Shown: in pieces, positions 42,719 through 52,626 of the stretch
Position numbering within the stretch: position 1 is the first letter of the stretch
Layout: the number at the start of each line of letters is the position of its first letter
Origin: Savitreella phatthalungensis
Taxonomy: Eukaryota
NCBI GenBank assembly: GCA_051599415.1
Contig: AP039713.1
Span: 124,001-188,000, forward strand
DNA length: 64,000 nt
Direction: 5' to 3'
Notes under the pieces: generated by a model
The model's database searches: none
What the model saw: the letters and a program-made list of their open reading frames with translations, nothing else
Told to the model about the DNA's origin: nothing
Made by a program: the position numbers and the translations under genes

Positions 42719-44239
42719 CTAGAACGCTGCACCAGACGCCATGAACAGCCGAGATGCCTCTCTTGCTGCAAAGTTGTGGATGGCATTTGCTGCAGCGATC
42801 AGGCCGGCCGTCTCACAGCGGTCGGCTCTCGCAATCGCATACACGGCAAAGGTGGATGTCTCCCATGCAAGTGCGCGCAGTTGGCCACGCGCGACGGCGT
42901 GGATCTTACCTGCTTGACGAGTCGCCAGGAGATGCCTGTACGCGCGGATAACACGATTCCTCCTGCGGCGATCCGTCGGCAGCGGGCTTGCCGCCAGCTG
43001 GACTCGCTCGTTCGATCTGTAGACGAAGTGATCAATTTGCGGGGCGCCGACATCTCCAGGCAAGAGTAGTCGTTCGCCTGCGCGTTCGACCTCCCGCATC
43101 AAGTTCGACCCGCGCATCGAGCGCTCGATCTCGCCCGCACACACTCGCAGCTCGTAGAATGCATCCTTATCTGCTGACACAAGTGCCACCGCAGTCCTCC
43201 CACCTCCTGGGAAACACACGTACAGGTGAAGAAAGCCAGAATCGTTGAACTTTGGCAGGCAGAGTGGGATCCAGTGCTCATCGCTCGACTCCCGTACACC
43301 AGGCCGGTACATCGTTTCCAGCAGGAGTCTGAGGTCTGAGGGGAAGAGCGAGTGTGCCCTCGGTCGCAGCACGGCTGCCAGTCTGCGGTCGTGGGCGATG
43401 ATCGCGTACAGCACATTCTTCGATCTTTTCTCTAGCAGGATAGACTCAATCGATTTGCGGAAGGTCGATCTGAGACGGAGAACGTGCATACCGTTGAACA
43501 TGAGCTCGAGGTCGCCGCGAGCGATCTTATCGCACAAGCCGTCCAAGAAGACCTCGTTGCCCGTGAGGACGCGGCGGAGGTCAAAGTTGCTGCCACCCCT
43601 CACAAAGACGCGCTCGAGCTGTGTCCTCGTCAAGCACGACAGGATCTGCGCGTGGAGCAAGTCCAATTGCCCGGCGAGCATCGACACCGTCTCGTGCGGC
43701 ACGCGCGATACAGCCACCAGGATGATCTCATTCTTCGCAGAAAATACGAACGTGGCGCCGTCCCCTTCAAAGCTCCGCAGTGTGTCGCCCGAGTCCGTAT
43801 AGAAGCCTAAGACTGCCTGAAAGATACCCATGTACCCGGCAGTCACTGAGCTGGATCCCCATCGGCTGTAGATCGGCTTCCCTGCAGCACTCAGGATCAG
43901 GAAGTGTTTCCGCCGCGACAGCCACCTGTCGACGTCATGTGCCCGCTCGTCGTCTTCGTCTAGATCCCGCTCACACACCGACGAAGTGTCCTCATCCTCT
44001 TCATCGTCACCATCACTCACGCCTGCTTCCTCCGCAATCCGCAGCGTGTTCAGCCTGCCATCGACTGACTCCCCAGCAGACGCCACAGACACCGCTGTCG
44101 TCGCCGAACCGCGCAGACTGGCCTGCGATCCATATCCCTTCAACGACGGCCTCACGATCGACCTTGCCGACGATGACGATGGTCTGCTGCTGCTGCTGCC
44201 GAAGTGGTCGTCCGAGAAGACGAGGCGGCCGTTGCTCAT
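42719..44239 (-). CDS. MON1: Vacuolar fusion protein Mon1
   Basis: 'KHFLILSAAGKPIYSR', 'NFDLRRVL', 'HSLFPSDL', 'WIPLCLPKFNDSGFL', C-terminal 'LFMASGAAF'. Confidence 0.95.
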   Translation of the reverse strand: MSNGRLVFSDDHFGSSSSRPSSSSARSIVRPSLKGYGSQASLRGSATTAVSVASAGESVDGRLNTLRIAEEAGVSDGDDEEDEDTSSVCERDLDEDDERAHDVDRWLSRRKHFLILSAAGKPIYSRWGSSSVTAGYMGIFQAVLGFYTDSGDTLRSFEGDGATFVFSAKNEIILVAVSRVPHETVSMLAGQLDLLHAQILSCLTRTQLERVFVRGGSNFDLRRVLTGNEVFLDGLCDKIARGDLELMFNGMHVLRLRSTFRKSIESILLEKRSKNVLYAIIAHDRRLAAVLRPRAHSLFPSDLRLLLETMYRPGVRESSDEHWIPLCLPKFNDSGFLHLYVCFPGGGRTAVALVSADKDAFYELRVCAGEIERSMRGSNLMREVERAGERLLLPGDVGAPQIDHFVYRSNERVQLAASPLPTDRRRRNRVIRAYRHLLATRQAGKIHAVARGQLRALAWETSTFAVYAIARADRCETAGLIAAANAIHNFAAREASRLFMASGAAF

Positions 44240-44349
44240 GCCATCGACAACGGGATATGTTTGTTCTGACCCGTCGTCATGCGGTCTCGAAATTTAAAAC
44301 AAATACAAGAGTGCGCGTAATGTAGCATGGTCTGTACACAGACGCGGCG

Positions 44350-45237
44350 ATGGACAAATGGGTAACGGTGACGAAGCCCGGTGTCGGCGGCGGAGTGACT
44401 CCTTCACTAAAGCGGAAGGCGCCAGGGGATGAGGCAGACGCGTACAGGGATCTGCGACGTGGTGGAGGTGGTGGTCGTGGGGCAGAGAGCTCGCGTGAGG
44501 TGATGAGGGCGCAGCGGGTGCCTACGAAGGCGCCGGTGGCTCCGTCACGCAGCAGTATCGGCCAGCGTCCAGGCGCGAACGAGCTCGCACACATCATGCA
44601 CGTCGCTACCGTACCATCGACCAGGGGCCACGATATCTGGCAGTCAGCCAGCACAGGACACCAAGTGAGCGAGCAGGGTGGACGCAGCACCTCGTACAAC
44701 GAAGCCCGTCTGGCCAAGCTCAAGGTGCAGTTTCCGACGGCAAATGGCGGGAAGTCGTCGACCACCACTACTACGCAACACAGGTCGTCAGAGCACATCG
44801 AGCTATTTCACTACACCCAGCACGACAACACGTACTACCCTGTCAAGATCGATGCAGATGTACCAGAGGCCAAGGGGATCTTTGCAGGGTGTACTTTCTA
44901 CCTGGACGGGTATATGGGTGGTGGGTGTAGCGACCACTCGCTCAAGAGGCTGCTGACGCAGAATGGCGGACAGCTGAGCTTGTATATGCAAAAGTCGAGG
45001 ATCACGCACGTCGTGCTGAGCGAGGATGGTGCGCTGGCGACGCAGAAGCGGCGGAAGGAGTGCGAGAGTACGTTACGTGGCAATCGAGTCAAGTTTGTTA
45101 CTGTCCGGTGGTGTCATGACTCGCTAGAGAAGGGCAAGCGACAGCCAGAGTGGAAGTACGCAGGGATGATGCAGGCTGGTCAGAGATCCGTGGGGAATAT
45201 GCTTGAAAAACAGGTGAAGGAGAACGAAGACAGCTAG
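44350..45237 (+). CDS. Single-BRCT-domain protein (Rev1-type BRCT, no polymerase domain)
   Basis: 'IFAGCTFYLDGY...LKRLLTQNGG...ITHVV...FVTVRWCHDSLEKGKRQPE'. Confidence 0.82.
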   Translation: MDKWVTVTKPGVGGGVTPSLKRKAPGDEADAYRDLRRGGGGGRGAESSREVMRAQRVPTKAPVAPSRSSIGQRPGANELAHIMHVATVPSTRGHDIWQSASTGHQVSEQGGRSTSYNEARLAKLKVQFPTANGGKSSTTTTTQHRSSEHIELFHYTQHDNTYYPVKIDADVPEAKGIFAGCTFYLDGYMGGGCSDHSLKRLLTQNGGQLSLYMQKSRITHVVLSEDGALATQKRRKECESTLRGNRVKFVTVRWCHDSLEKGKRQPEWKYAGMMQAGQRSVGNMLEKQVKENEDS

Positions 45238-45244
45238 TACTATG

Positions 45245-46594
45245 CTATGCGATTTGCGGCAGGCTATGGACTGTGTTTTCCTTGACGATCAACTGGCGGA
45301 CCTTCTCAATCCCATCGAGCAATTTGCCGACGTCGTATGACCAAGCCTTCAGCAAATCTTCTGGCTTCTGCCGCTCGCCAAAGGTGACGATGCCCTTCGG
45401 GCGATCGATTCTAGCATACACCATCTTGTCGGTCACAAGCTGGGCGAGTTCCGCCTCGCACGCCTCAGCTGACAAGTCCAGCAGCTGCTGGAGTCGGTTC
45501 AGCGTGACGCGCTTGTAGTATTTAGCAACAACGCGGACGTTGTGCTCGATCACGCGCTTGCGTAGGGCCTCGTACCGCTTTCCGCCCCGGCCATCCCCGC
45601 CAGCCCCATCACCAAACACAGGCGTCCCACGCAAGTGCTTCCCATACACGTCCTCGATCCCAGGCCACCGCATGAGCTCAGGCGTTGTGAAGCATTTGAC
45701 GAGCTGCGCGTGCATCGGTAGCTGCGCCAGCTTAGGATCGGAAGCGACACGGTGGAGCAGGTCAGACTGCTCATTGTCGTGGCGCGATAGGACGACGAAG
45801 TAGACGACGTTGGCGAGGATGTCTTGCCACTTGGCAGGGTCGTCCAGCACAGACGGCGTGTTGAGGACGTGGTGGTAGTACCGTGTGATGTCGAGGTAGC
45901 TATCGTCATGGAGACCAATCCGGATCATGAGCTCGTAGTAACGCAATTTCAGGTCCGCAGCGTCCTCGTCCTTGTCAAAAGACCGTGTAGAGATCTTGCG
46001 TGCGAGGATCGCAGCAAGCGTGTAGTCCTCCAGCGCCAACGTCAACCGCACCTGCTCCAGAATAAACTCAGTCTTCTCCCGCTTGTCCATGCTGCCAAAC
46101 GTCTCTACCTGCAGGCCCGTCAGGATCTCCTGCGCCTCACGCTGCTCGCCGGCCTCCTCCTTGATCCGCGACAGCATCCGCGTTAGCCGTGCTCGTTCTA
46201 CCTCGACGTAGATCTTGCCTTCGGTGACGTTGCGGAGGCAGTCGATCAGTTCTAGCTGGACTGCCTGGGAGGGAGTGTCGTCGAGGAAGTCGATGCACCG
46301 CTGGACCATCTTGGTGATGGCGCCTTTCAGCTGACCGTGCTTCTTCGACATCAGCTGTACCTGCTCCTGCAGCATCGTGTAGTCACCAGCATTCCTGCAC
46401 AGCTCGCACACCTTCACGAGCACACGCCCGGTGCTATTCATGTCACTCGCCTGCCGCGTCTGCTTCTCCAGCCCAGCGAGCTTCTCGATCGCTCCAGCCA
46501 GATCATCCTTTGCAGCTGCCTCGATCTCGGGAAATGCACCGTCGAGGATCTCCTTGTAGTCCTTATCAGGACGCAGCACTTGAGGGTCGCTCAT
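45245..46594 (-). CDS. RPN5: 26S proteasome lid subunit Rpn5
   Basis: 'LEKQTRQASD', 'SKKHGQLK', 'VTEGKIYVEVERARLT', 'LQVETFGSM', PCI domain 'RVIEHNVRVVAKYY', 'ARIDRP'. Confidence 0.96.
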   Translation of the reverse strand: MSDPQVLRPDKDYKEILDGAFPEIEAAAKDDLAGAIEKLAGLEKQTRQASDMNSTGRVLVKVCELCRNAGDYTMLQEQVQLMSKKHGQLKGAITKMVQRCIDFLDDTPSQAVQLELIDCLRNVTEGKIYVEVERARLTRMLSRIKEEAGEQREAQEILTGLQVETFGSMDKREKTEFILEQVRLTLALEDYTLAAILARKISTRSFDKDEDAADLKLRYYELMIRIGLHDDSYLDITRYYHHVLNTPSVLDDPAKWQDILANVVYFVVLSRHDNEQSDLLHRVASDPKLAQLPMHAQLVKCFTTPELMRWPGIEDVYGKHLRGTPVFGDGAGGDGRGGKRYEALRKRVIEHNVRVVAKYYKRVTLNRLQQLLDLSAEACEAELAQLVTDKMVYARIDRPKGIVTFGERQKPEDLLKAWSYDVGKLLDGIEKVRQLIVKENTVHSLPQIA

Positions 46595-46720
46595 CGTGTC
46601 AACGGCGGTGTGGTCCTGCAGTCAATGACGCGCGTCTATTTTTAAATAAGGATCTCCAACCCAATTGGAGAGAAAGCAAGACGAGAGGGATTTTCTGCGG
46701 TGGGCACAAAGGTGACACGG

Positions 46721-47092
46721 ATGACGCTGACGGTGGAGGAGCAGAAGGAGAACGACAGGATTCTACATCGGCTTGAGCTGCTGGAGGACTACAGGGTGAA
46801 GCGAAAGCGAGCGGATGATGCCCTCGCAGACGCACATCTCGCACTTGCAAGGGCACGCTACAATGGCGTAGATCTATCGCTCCCAAGGGTGCCGCCAGAG
46901 ATAGAGCCCGCGTTGGTTGTCGTTGAGGGTTGGGTTCTGGGTAAGGGCTCTGGAAAGTCAGTCATGAATGCGTTCGAGACGTTTCCGTCAGGATCGTTGC
47001 GAAAGGCTACGACGCAATGGTCAGAGGCACTGTTGCTCTTGGTGGAGGCCTGTCAAGCAAGGATGATAGCAGATAAGGCACTGATGGAATGA
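46721..47092 (+). CDS. V-ATPase assembly factor Vma22/CCDC115-like
   Basis: The pattern 'LELLEDY...LADAHLALARARY' and 'F...PSGSLRKA...WSEAL' resembles CCDC115/Vma22. Confidence 0.65.
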   Translation: MTLTVEEQKENDRILHRLELLEDYRVKRKRADDALADAHLALARARYNGVDLSLPRVPPEIEPALVVVEGWVLGKGSGKSVMNAFETFPSGSLRKATTQWSEALLLLVEACQARMIADKALME

Positions 47093-47142
47093 TTTACGTC
47101 TACCCTGCCATTGTTCGGGATCCTCTCTAGAGCTCAAATAAG

Positions 47143-49842
47143 CTAAGCGACGCCGTCGGCCACGAGCTGGGCCAGTTCCTGGTCCTGCGAGCGAGCTGTC
47201 ACCTTGACTGTGACGCCCTGCTTCGGGGAGAAGGCCATCTGGACGAGGGCGAGAACCTTGTCTCCAGTGGTAGCCTTGCCCGCAAGCTTGAGCGTGTGGG
47301 TGGTGGGATTGACGGCTGCGTCGGACCCCTCGAGCGGCTGCATCGAGAGTAGTGAGACGAGCTTGTCGCAAGCGTCTTGGAGTGACCGTGTGTCTGAGAG
47401 GGCGTAGGTCTCCGTGGCAGACTCCGGCAGCTCCTCGAATGCCTTAGTAAAGTCGGACACGTAGAGTGGAGCGATGTAGGTGCCAACGGTGATGTCGAGC
47501 GTGTCGACCTCGTACTCGTCCGGATATCCTTCCTCTTCGGCTTCGCCGGTTGATGGATCGACCTCCTTCGACGTGTACTTGAGCACGTTCGCTACTTCCG
47601 TCAAGGCAAATTTGGATCCCCTGGTCATCGACACATACACGACTGTCTCGCCGCCCTGAACTGCTCGCTCGCCGGCGAGGATAAAGTCTTCTGCCAGCAC
47701 TTCTGGACCCTCGATTGGCTCGGCCACAACTGAGATGCCCTCGAGGATTGTGTCCGGGAGAGTGTTCTTGATGTCGTACTGAAGGACGAGATTCTTGGCG
47801 TAGACGTGGACGTAGCACGCGACCTGGAATTCGACTTCTGGCGTGGTCAGCGCGACACGCTTTGACGTCCGCTGCAATTGTCCGTAAGGCTTGAACTCGT
47901 CGATCGCTGATAGCTGCTCGGCAACCTGTGCCGTCGAGGGCTGTGGAACGGTGGATGAGGTCTCGATCTTTGGGGCTGCGATCACCTCGGTCTCCTGCGT
48001 AGCGATGTCCGTCTTGGAAGCAAGCGCTGCCGCATCGGACTCCTCACGCGAGACTACCGGGATCGTGCTGACGTCGAACGCTGTCTCGTACTTGGCTTCC
48101 TGCACGTACGACACGAGCGCCTTCTCGAGCGTCGCAAGGCTGAACAGCTTGTCGTTGCGGATGTACTTGTCCGAGAGCTTGCTGTCAAGAATGCGGAGGT
48201 TGAGGGCCGCGCGGTCACGCACTTCGTCGTCCTGATCTGACAAACAGCGACGGAGGAGAACAACGACCGAGTCAGTCAGGCCAGGGCAGTGAGCAAAACG
48301 GGCGAGGGCATTCACGGCTGCCGCACGCACGAGCGCATTCTCGAGGTTGATGCGGTTGTAGATGTAGCGGACGTACTTCGATGGCTGCTTTGCCTTCGGT
48401 CCTTCAAGCCCGAGCATGTACAGGATTCTGCACGTGAGCTTGCTGAACTCGCAGTCCTCAATGAACTCGCAAAGGTTCGATAGGGCCTCTTCCTTCGAGT
48501 CTTTGATGTATCGGACGAGATCGAAGAACGCATTGATGATCGCCCTCTTGAATTCGTAGCCGCCGTCATCCCGAAGAGCAGACGAGAGGAAAGCGATCGT
48601 GACTTCCTGCTTCTGCGGGAATTTGAGGCAGAGTGCCCGGATCGATTGGACCACGATAATCTTGAATTCGTCGGAGATGTCTGCCATAAATCCCTGAATT
48701 GTCTTCATCAGCCGCTCGACCGACTCTTCCGAACCGGTTTTGAGCAGGGTTGTGATGGCGTAGGTGGCGATCGAGCGGTTTGAGTCCGAGACGAGAGGCT
48801 CAATGTCGGAATTGAGGGGTGCGAGCAGGGCAGGCTGACGAAGGGCGAATTTCGAGAGCATCCGGATGGCGGAGAAGCGGAGGATGGTGCGCGGTGAAGC
48901 GAGGAAGAGCTGAAGGGTGGAGATAGCCTTGCCGACCTCATCAGAGGTCACACCAGGTGCGTTTAGCACAGCTTTTGCGGCCTCAATGTTGACCATGTCC
49001 GATTTGTGTTTGAGGAGGGAGAGGATGACCTCCATCATGGGTGCGCGGTACTGCGGATCCTCCTCCATCACCTGGCGCGCGCACTTCACGAGGAGGACAA
49101 CGGCGTATGGCGACTTGAGCTGGGCGTTACCGAGCTGCTGGACGAGCTTGATGATGGCCATCCGGTCGTGGGAGCGCATCATGTAGAGCAGACCGAGGGC
49201 GTGGTACTGGGTCATGTAGGTTGGCTGTGGGTAGGACATGCCTGCCATGTGCTGCGGCACCGGTACGCTCGTTCCGACTGTCTTTGAGGTGATTGCTTCT
49301 GCCGTCTGAGTAGCCCACCGCCGGACGATGTCCTTATTCAGGCCAAAGAGGTGGATGGAGGAGACAATGGCGGCGGACGAGACTGCAGGGGACCGGTCAA
49401 CAATAGCCGTGCTGAGCGGACGCTCAATCGCGGCCAAACTGCCGGCATCAATGATTCTGCAGAGTGCTCTGATGGAATTTGCCCTGTAAATTGTCTGTGA
49501 GCTTGTGGCTGTATCCTTCATAATGCTCGAGGTGATCATGATGGTGTCCTGGGCATGTTTGGCTAGCTCCTCCATGACGACGTACACCATCTGTCTGAGG
49601 GATGGGTCCTTGTGCTGGAAAAGCTTTGTCATGCCAAAGAAGAGGTCTGTGGATTCATGCGGGCTGAAGACCTCTCCCTGTGAGAGGAGGAAGATGATTT
49701 TCGTCAGGAGGAGTCTGCACTTTCTCGGATTGACAGGCGACTGATTGAAGATCCGGGCCTCTTGAAAGACGCTCGTCCTGTCGATTCCAGCTCCAAAGCC
49801 GCCTGAGCCACCATCTTCCTCGTCCTTTTTGTAGGAGCTCAT
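47143..49842 (-). CDS. SEC21: Coatomer subunit gamma
   Basis: 'VFQEARIFN.SPV.PRKC', 'SIATYAITTLLKTG', 'LCEFIEDCEF', 'YIYNRINLEN', appendage 'EEGYPDEY'. Confidence 0.97.
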   Translation of the reverse strand: MSSYKKDEEDGGSGGFGAGIDRTSVFQEARIFNQSPVNPRKCRLLLTKIIFLLSQGEVFSPHESTDLFFGMTKLFQHKDPSLRQMVYVVMEELAKHAQDTIMITSSIMKDTATSSQTIYRANSIRALCRIIDAGSLAAIERPLSTAIVDRSPAVSSAAIVSSIHLFGLNKDIVRRWATQTAEAITSKTVGTSVPVPQHMAGMSYPQPTYMTQYHALGLLYMMRSHDRMAIIKLVQQLGNAQLKSPYAVVLLVKCARQVMEEDPQYRAPMMEVILSLLKHKSDMVNIEAAKAVLNAPGVTSDEVGKAISTLQLFLASPRTILRFSAIRMLSKFALRQPALLAPLNSDIEPLVSDSNRSIATYAITTLLKTGSEESVERLMKTIQGFMADISDEFKIIVVQSIRALCLKFPQKQEVTIAFLSSALRDDGGYEFKRAIINAFFDLVRYIKDSKEEALSNLCEFIEDCEFSKLTCRILYMLGLEGPKAKQPSKYVRYIYNRINLENALVRAAAVNALARFAHCPGLTDSVVVLLRRCLSDQDDEVRDRAALNLRILDSKLSDKYIRNDKLFSLATLEKALVSYVQEAKYETAFDVSTIPVVSREESDAAALASKTDIATQETEVIAAPKIETSSTVPQPSTAQVAEQLSAIDEFKPYGQLQRTSKRVALTTPEVEFQVACYVHVYAKNLVLQYDIKNTLPDTILEGISVVAEPIEGPEVLAEDFILAGERAVQGGETVVYVSMTRGSKFALTEVANVLKYTSKEVDPSTGEAEEEGYPDEYEVDTLDITVGTYIAPLYVSDFTKAFEELPESATETYALSDTRSLQDACDKLVSLLSMQPLEGSDAAVNPTTHTLKLAGKATTGDKVLALVQMAFSPKQGVTVKVTARSQDQELAQLVADGVA

Positions 49843-50390
49843 GGCTGGCGCGTGGTGTAGCTATCGCTCAGGTTAACGAATCGACTACTTGCCTTCTTTT
49901 TGGGATTCTTGCTCTTGCTCTAGCTTGAGCTCAGCAGACCAGTGACGTCCGAGCGTCTGCTACGCTGCGTCGACCGTGGTGCTGGATTATTGATAGCCCT
50001 GTAGGGAGTTGTCGCGTCGTCAACACGTCGCTCACTTGCTTTTGGCTCGAGTACCATACACAATTGTAGCTTGCTGTAGCATGCACAGATGCAGGCTGGA
50101 TGTGACGATTCTGCAATTGGGAATCTCGAGTGATGGATTAGAGTACACGTGATTTGAGATCTACTGTGCTGTTCAATATGCACCAGCAATTATGAATCTC
50201 CAGAATATGCAGATGTGAAGGGCGTCGGTGTCTGGCTATCGATTGGTAGCTTGAGCTCGAGCTCGAGCTCGATCTAGCGGCGAGTGAGATGCAGTTTTTT
50301 GTAGACTACAATTGCGTACATCGACCGACAGCTCAATGAAGTCAGCGCGCTACAGTACATAGCCATGCTTCTCTCCTGCTTGCGAAGAGC

Positions 50391-51410
50391 TCAATAGTGA
50401 AACAAGTTGGTGTGGTCCTCGAAGCCAAGAGATTTGGCAGCTTCCATGGTGGCTTTGACCATCGGTGGTGGTCCACACACAAACGTCGCCACAGAGACAT
50501 CCTTTCCCGGAGGCGTGCAGAAATTGGCCAAGCGATCCTTGTCGACCAGTCCAGTTTCGCCCTTCCACTTCGAAGATGGCTTTTCCAGGATATGGAGGAC
50601 TCTGAATGTGTCTCCATGATCTGCTTCCCACTTGTCCAACTTGTCCTTGAGCAGGATTTCTCCCTCATCGATGTTGCAATCGACGAACCTGATCTGTACA
50701 CCTTCCTTGAGGGTGTCAGACTCAATCATGTGTTTGATCGTCGTGTAGATGGGGACCATGCCCGTGCCGCCCGACACAAAATTGACGTGTGTGAGGTGAA
50801 TCTTCTTCTTTCCTTTCGGATGGGTGATGGTGAAATGGCCGTTCCCATCATAGACAATCGGCCCTTCAGGTCCGCGCACCAACATTTCATCCCCTCGGTC
50901 CGCGTTAAGGGCATCAAGAATCCCACTAACAAAGCCGCCTGGAGCGTCATCGGAAGGGAAAAGAACCTTGCAGACGATGTCGAAAGTTCCGTCGTCCTTG
51001 TCTGAGCCGGTCGGCCGAGTGATTGCATAAGGCCGTTCTACCACGCCGCCATTGGTGAGAAAGCCACAGACTGCATGCTGGCCGACGCCCATGTCCATCT
51101 TGGACTTTCCATGCTCGAAGGTGAAAATGCGGACATCATCATTTAGCTCTTCTCTCCGAACGAACTTGCAGACGTCGTACCTGTCACTGATTTCTGCGAG
51201 ATCTTGCTCAGCCTGAGCATTGTCTCGTGGGTCGGGCTGCTTCTCTTTGGCTGGGAGATCTTTGTATGCCTGCAGCTGTTTATTGTCCTTTACCTTTTTA
51301 CTCTTGTTGACAGGCCAATCCTGCTCAAACTTGATGAAGTGCTCTGTGGTGGGCAATGGGCGCTTGCGGGATGTTCCGTGCTCCTGGGTCACCTCTCCCA
51401 CGGTGATCAT
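50391..51410 (-). CDS. Cytochrome b5 reductase-like FAD/NAD(P)H oxidoreductase, resembling the nitrate reductase C-terminal domain
   Basis: 'VGQH', FAD motif 'RPYA', 'RGPEG', 'SGGTGMVP', 'CGPPPM'. The frame is open from 51449 and the first ATG is at 51410, so the true start is uncertain. Confidence 0.82.
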   Translation of the reverse strand: MITVGEVTQEHGTSRKRPLPTTEHFIKFEQDWPVNKSKKVKDNKQLQAYKDLPAKEKQPDPRDNAQAEQDLAEISDRYDVCKFVRREELNDDVRIFTFEHGKSKMDMGVGQHAVCGFLTNGGVVERPYAITRPTGSDKDDGTFDIVCKVLFPSDDAPGGFVSGILDALNADRGDEMLVRGPEGPIVYDGNGHFTITHPKGKKKIHLTHVNFVSGGTGMVPIYTTIKHMIESDTLKEGVQIRFVDCNIDEGEILLKDKLDKWEADHGDTFRVLHILEKPSSKWKGETGLVDKDRLANFCTPPGKDVSVATFVCGPPPMVKATMEAAKSLGFEDHTNLFHY

Positions 51411-52161
51411 CCTCACCAATTCAATCGGATTCTTGTTATCTTTCAATCGCTATGATACTGAACTCAGCTCTTATCACCTCGCCTATGCTGATAAAGAGAG
51501 AAACCTCCGACTCTCTCGAACGACGTCATTGTCATTGTCACACATACTCCCACTGATTCTTGTGATCCACACGTGCAGCGCTGACTCTACCCTGGCACTT
51601 TCACAAGCTGTGATTGATTCATAAAGTTGTAATATGCTTAAGTGAATCAAATTGGAATTTATGCTAATCGAATTCTGGATCTTGGGAACTCTGAATAATT
51701 TATGCATCTAAATTTCAATTTAATATTTCTGAGTTGCTTCGTCACTCAAATGGATGCACAGCTTGGAAGGACAAGCAACGTTGAAGTGGATCGAAGCAAT
51801 GAATGAATGAACCGAATGAATGCACGGGAATATTATCCTTCGTTCAGATGTGGAACAGCAGAAATAAAAATTTACCCTCTTACACAGCTATAGTACAGTG
51901 ACTACCAAAAAGGCTACAGGCAAACGTACCTACGTACGTACGTCTACGCAGGCAACCATTCAACTAGTCCACAGAGTCAAATTACAAGCTGAACGGTCGT
52001 AGGCAGTCCAGTAGAGTCCAGTCGAGTTCGATTCCAAGTTGCACACGAGTCGTAGCGGGCACCGACAGAGGCAGACACGACAAAGGTGAACTGATCTGAC
52101 TGACGACTTTCTACCACATTCTCATTTCTCCTTCTGAACTTTTTTCTTCTCCCACTCCAGC

Positions 52162-52626
52162 ATGAGTCACGCAGATCACACACGCGATCCATGTCCGTGG
52201 GTCATCCTCAATGACTTCGGAGGCGCCTTCGCTATGGGAGCCATCGGTGGCAGTATCTGGCACTCCATCAAGGGCTACCGTAACTCTCCAAGGGGAGAGA
52301 AGCTCGTAGGCAGTATGGCAGCAGTCAAGGCACGTGCACCTGTTCTTGGCGGCAATTTTGGCGTCTGGGGAGGGCTTTTTTCGACCTTTGACTGCAGCGT
52401 GAAGGCTGTGAGGAAGAAAGAAGACCCTTGGAACGCCATCATCGCAGGATTCTTCACAGGTGGCTCTCTCGCCATCCGATCAGGTCTGAAATCGGCAAGG
52501 AACAGCGCAATCGGCTGTGCCTGTCTTCTGGCAGTCTTTGAGGGCGTCGGCATTGCATTCAACCGAGTCATGGCAGAGCAGAATAAGCCTGTTGCTCCAC
52601 AGCTGCCGGAAGCCGCTGCGGTCTAG
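52162..52626 (+). CDS. TIM17: Mitochondrial inner membrane translocase Tim17
   Basis: '[26 protein letters not shown]', '[14 protein letters not shown]', '[12 protein letters not shown]'. Confidence 0.97.
   Translation: MSHADHTRDPCPWVILNDFGGAFAMGAIGGSIWHSIKGYRNSPRGEKLVGSMAAVKARAPVLGGNFGVWGGLFSTFDCSVKAVRKKEDPWNAIIAGFFTGGSLAIRSGLKSARNSAIGCACLLAVFEGVGIAFNRVMAEQNKPVAPQLPEAAAV

Noticed and set aside
19734..49842. Co-occurrence of zeta-COP, gamma-COP and ERD2-like genes (also two proteasome and two exosome genes in the window) as a functional cluster
   Set aside because: They are tens of kb apart among unrelated housekeeping genes. Chance is sufficient without synteny evidence.
50252..50272. Tandem GAGCTC palindromes; similar (TACGCG)n at about 19288 and (TACG)n at about 51930
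   Set aside because: Short slippage-type microsatellites with no spacer structure. Not CRISPR-like.
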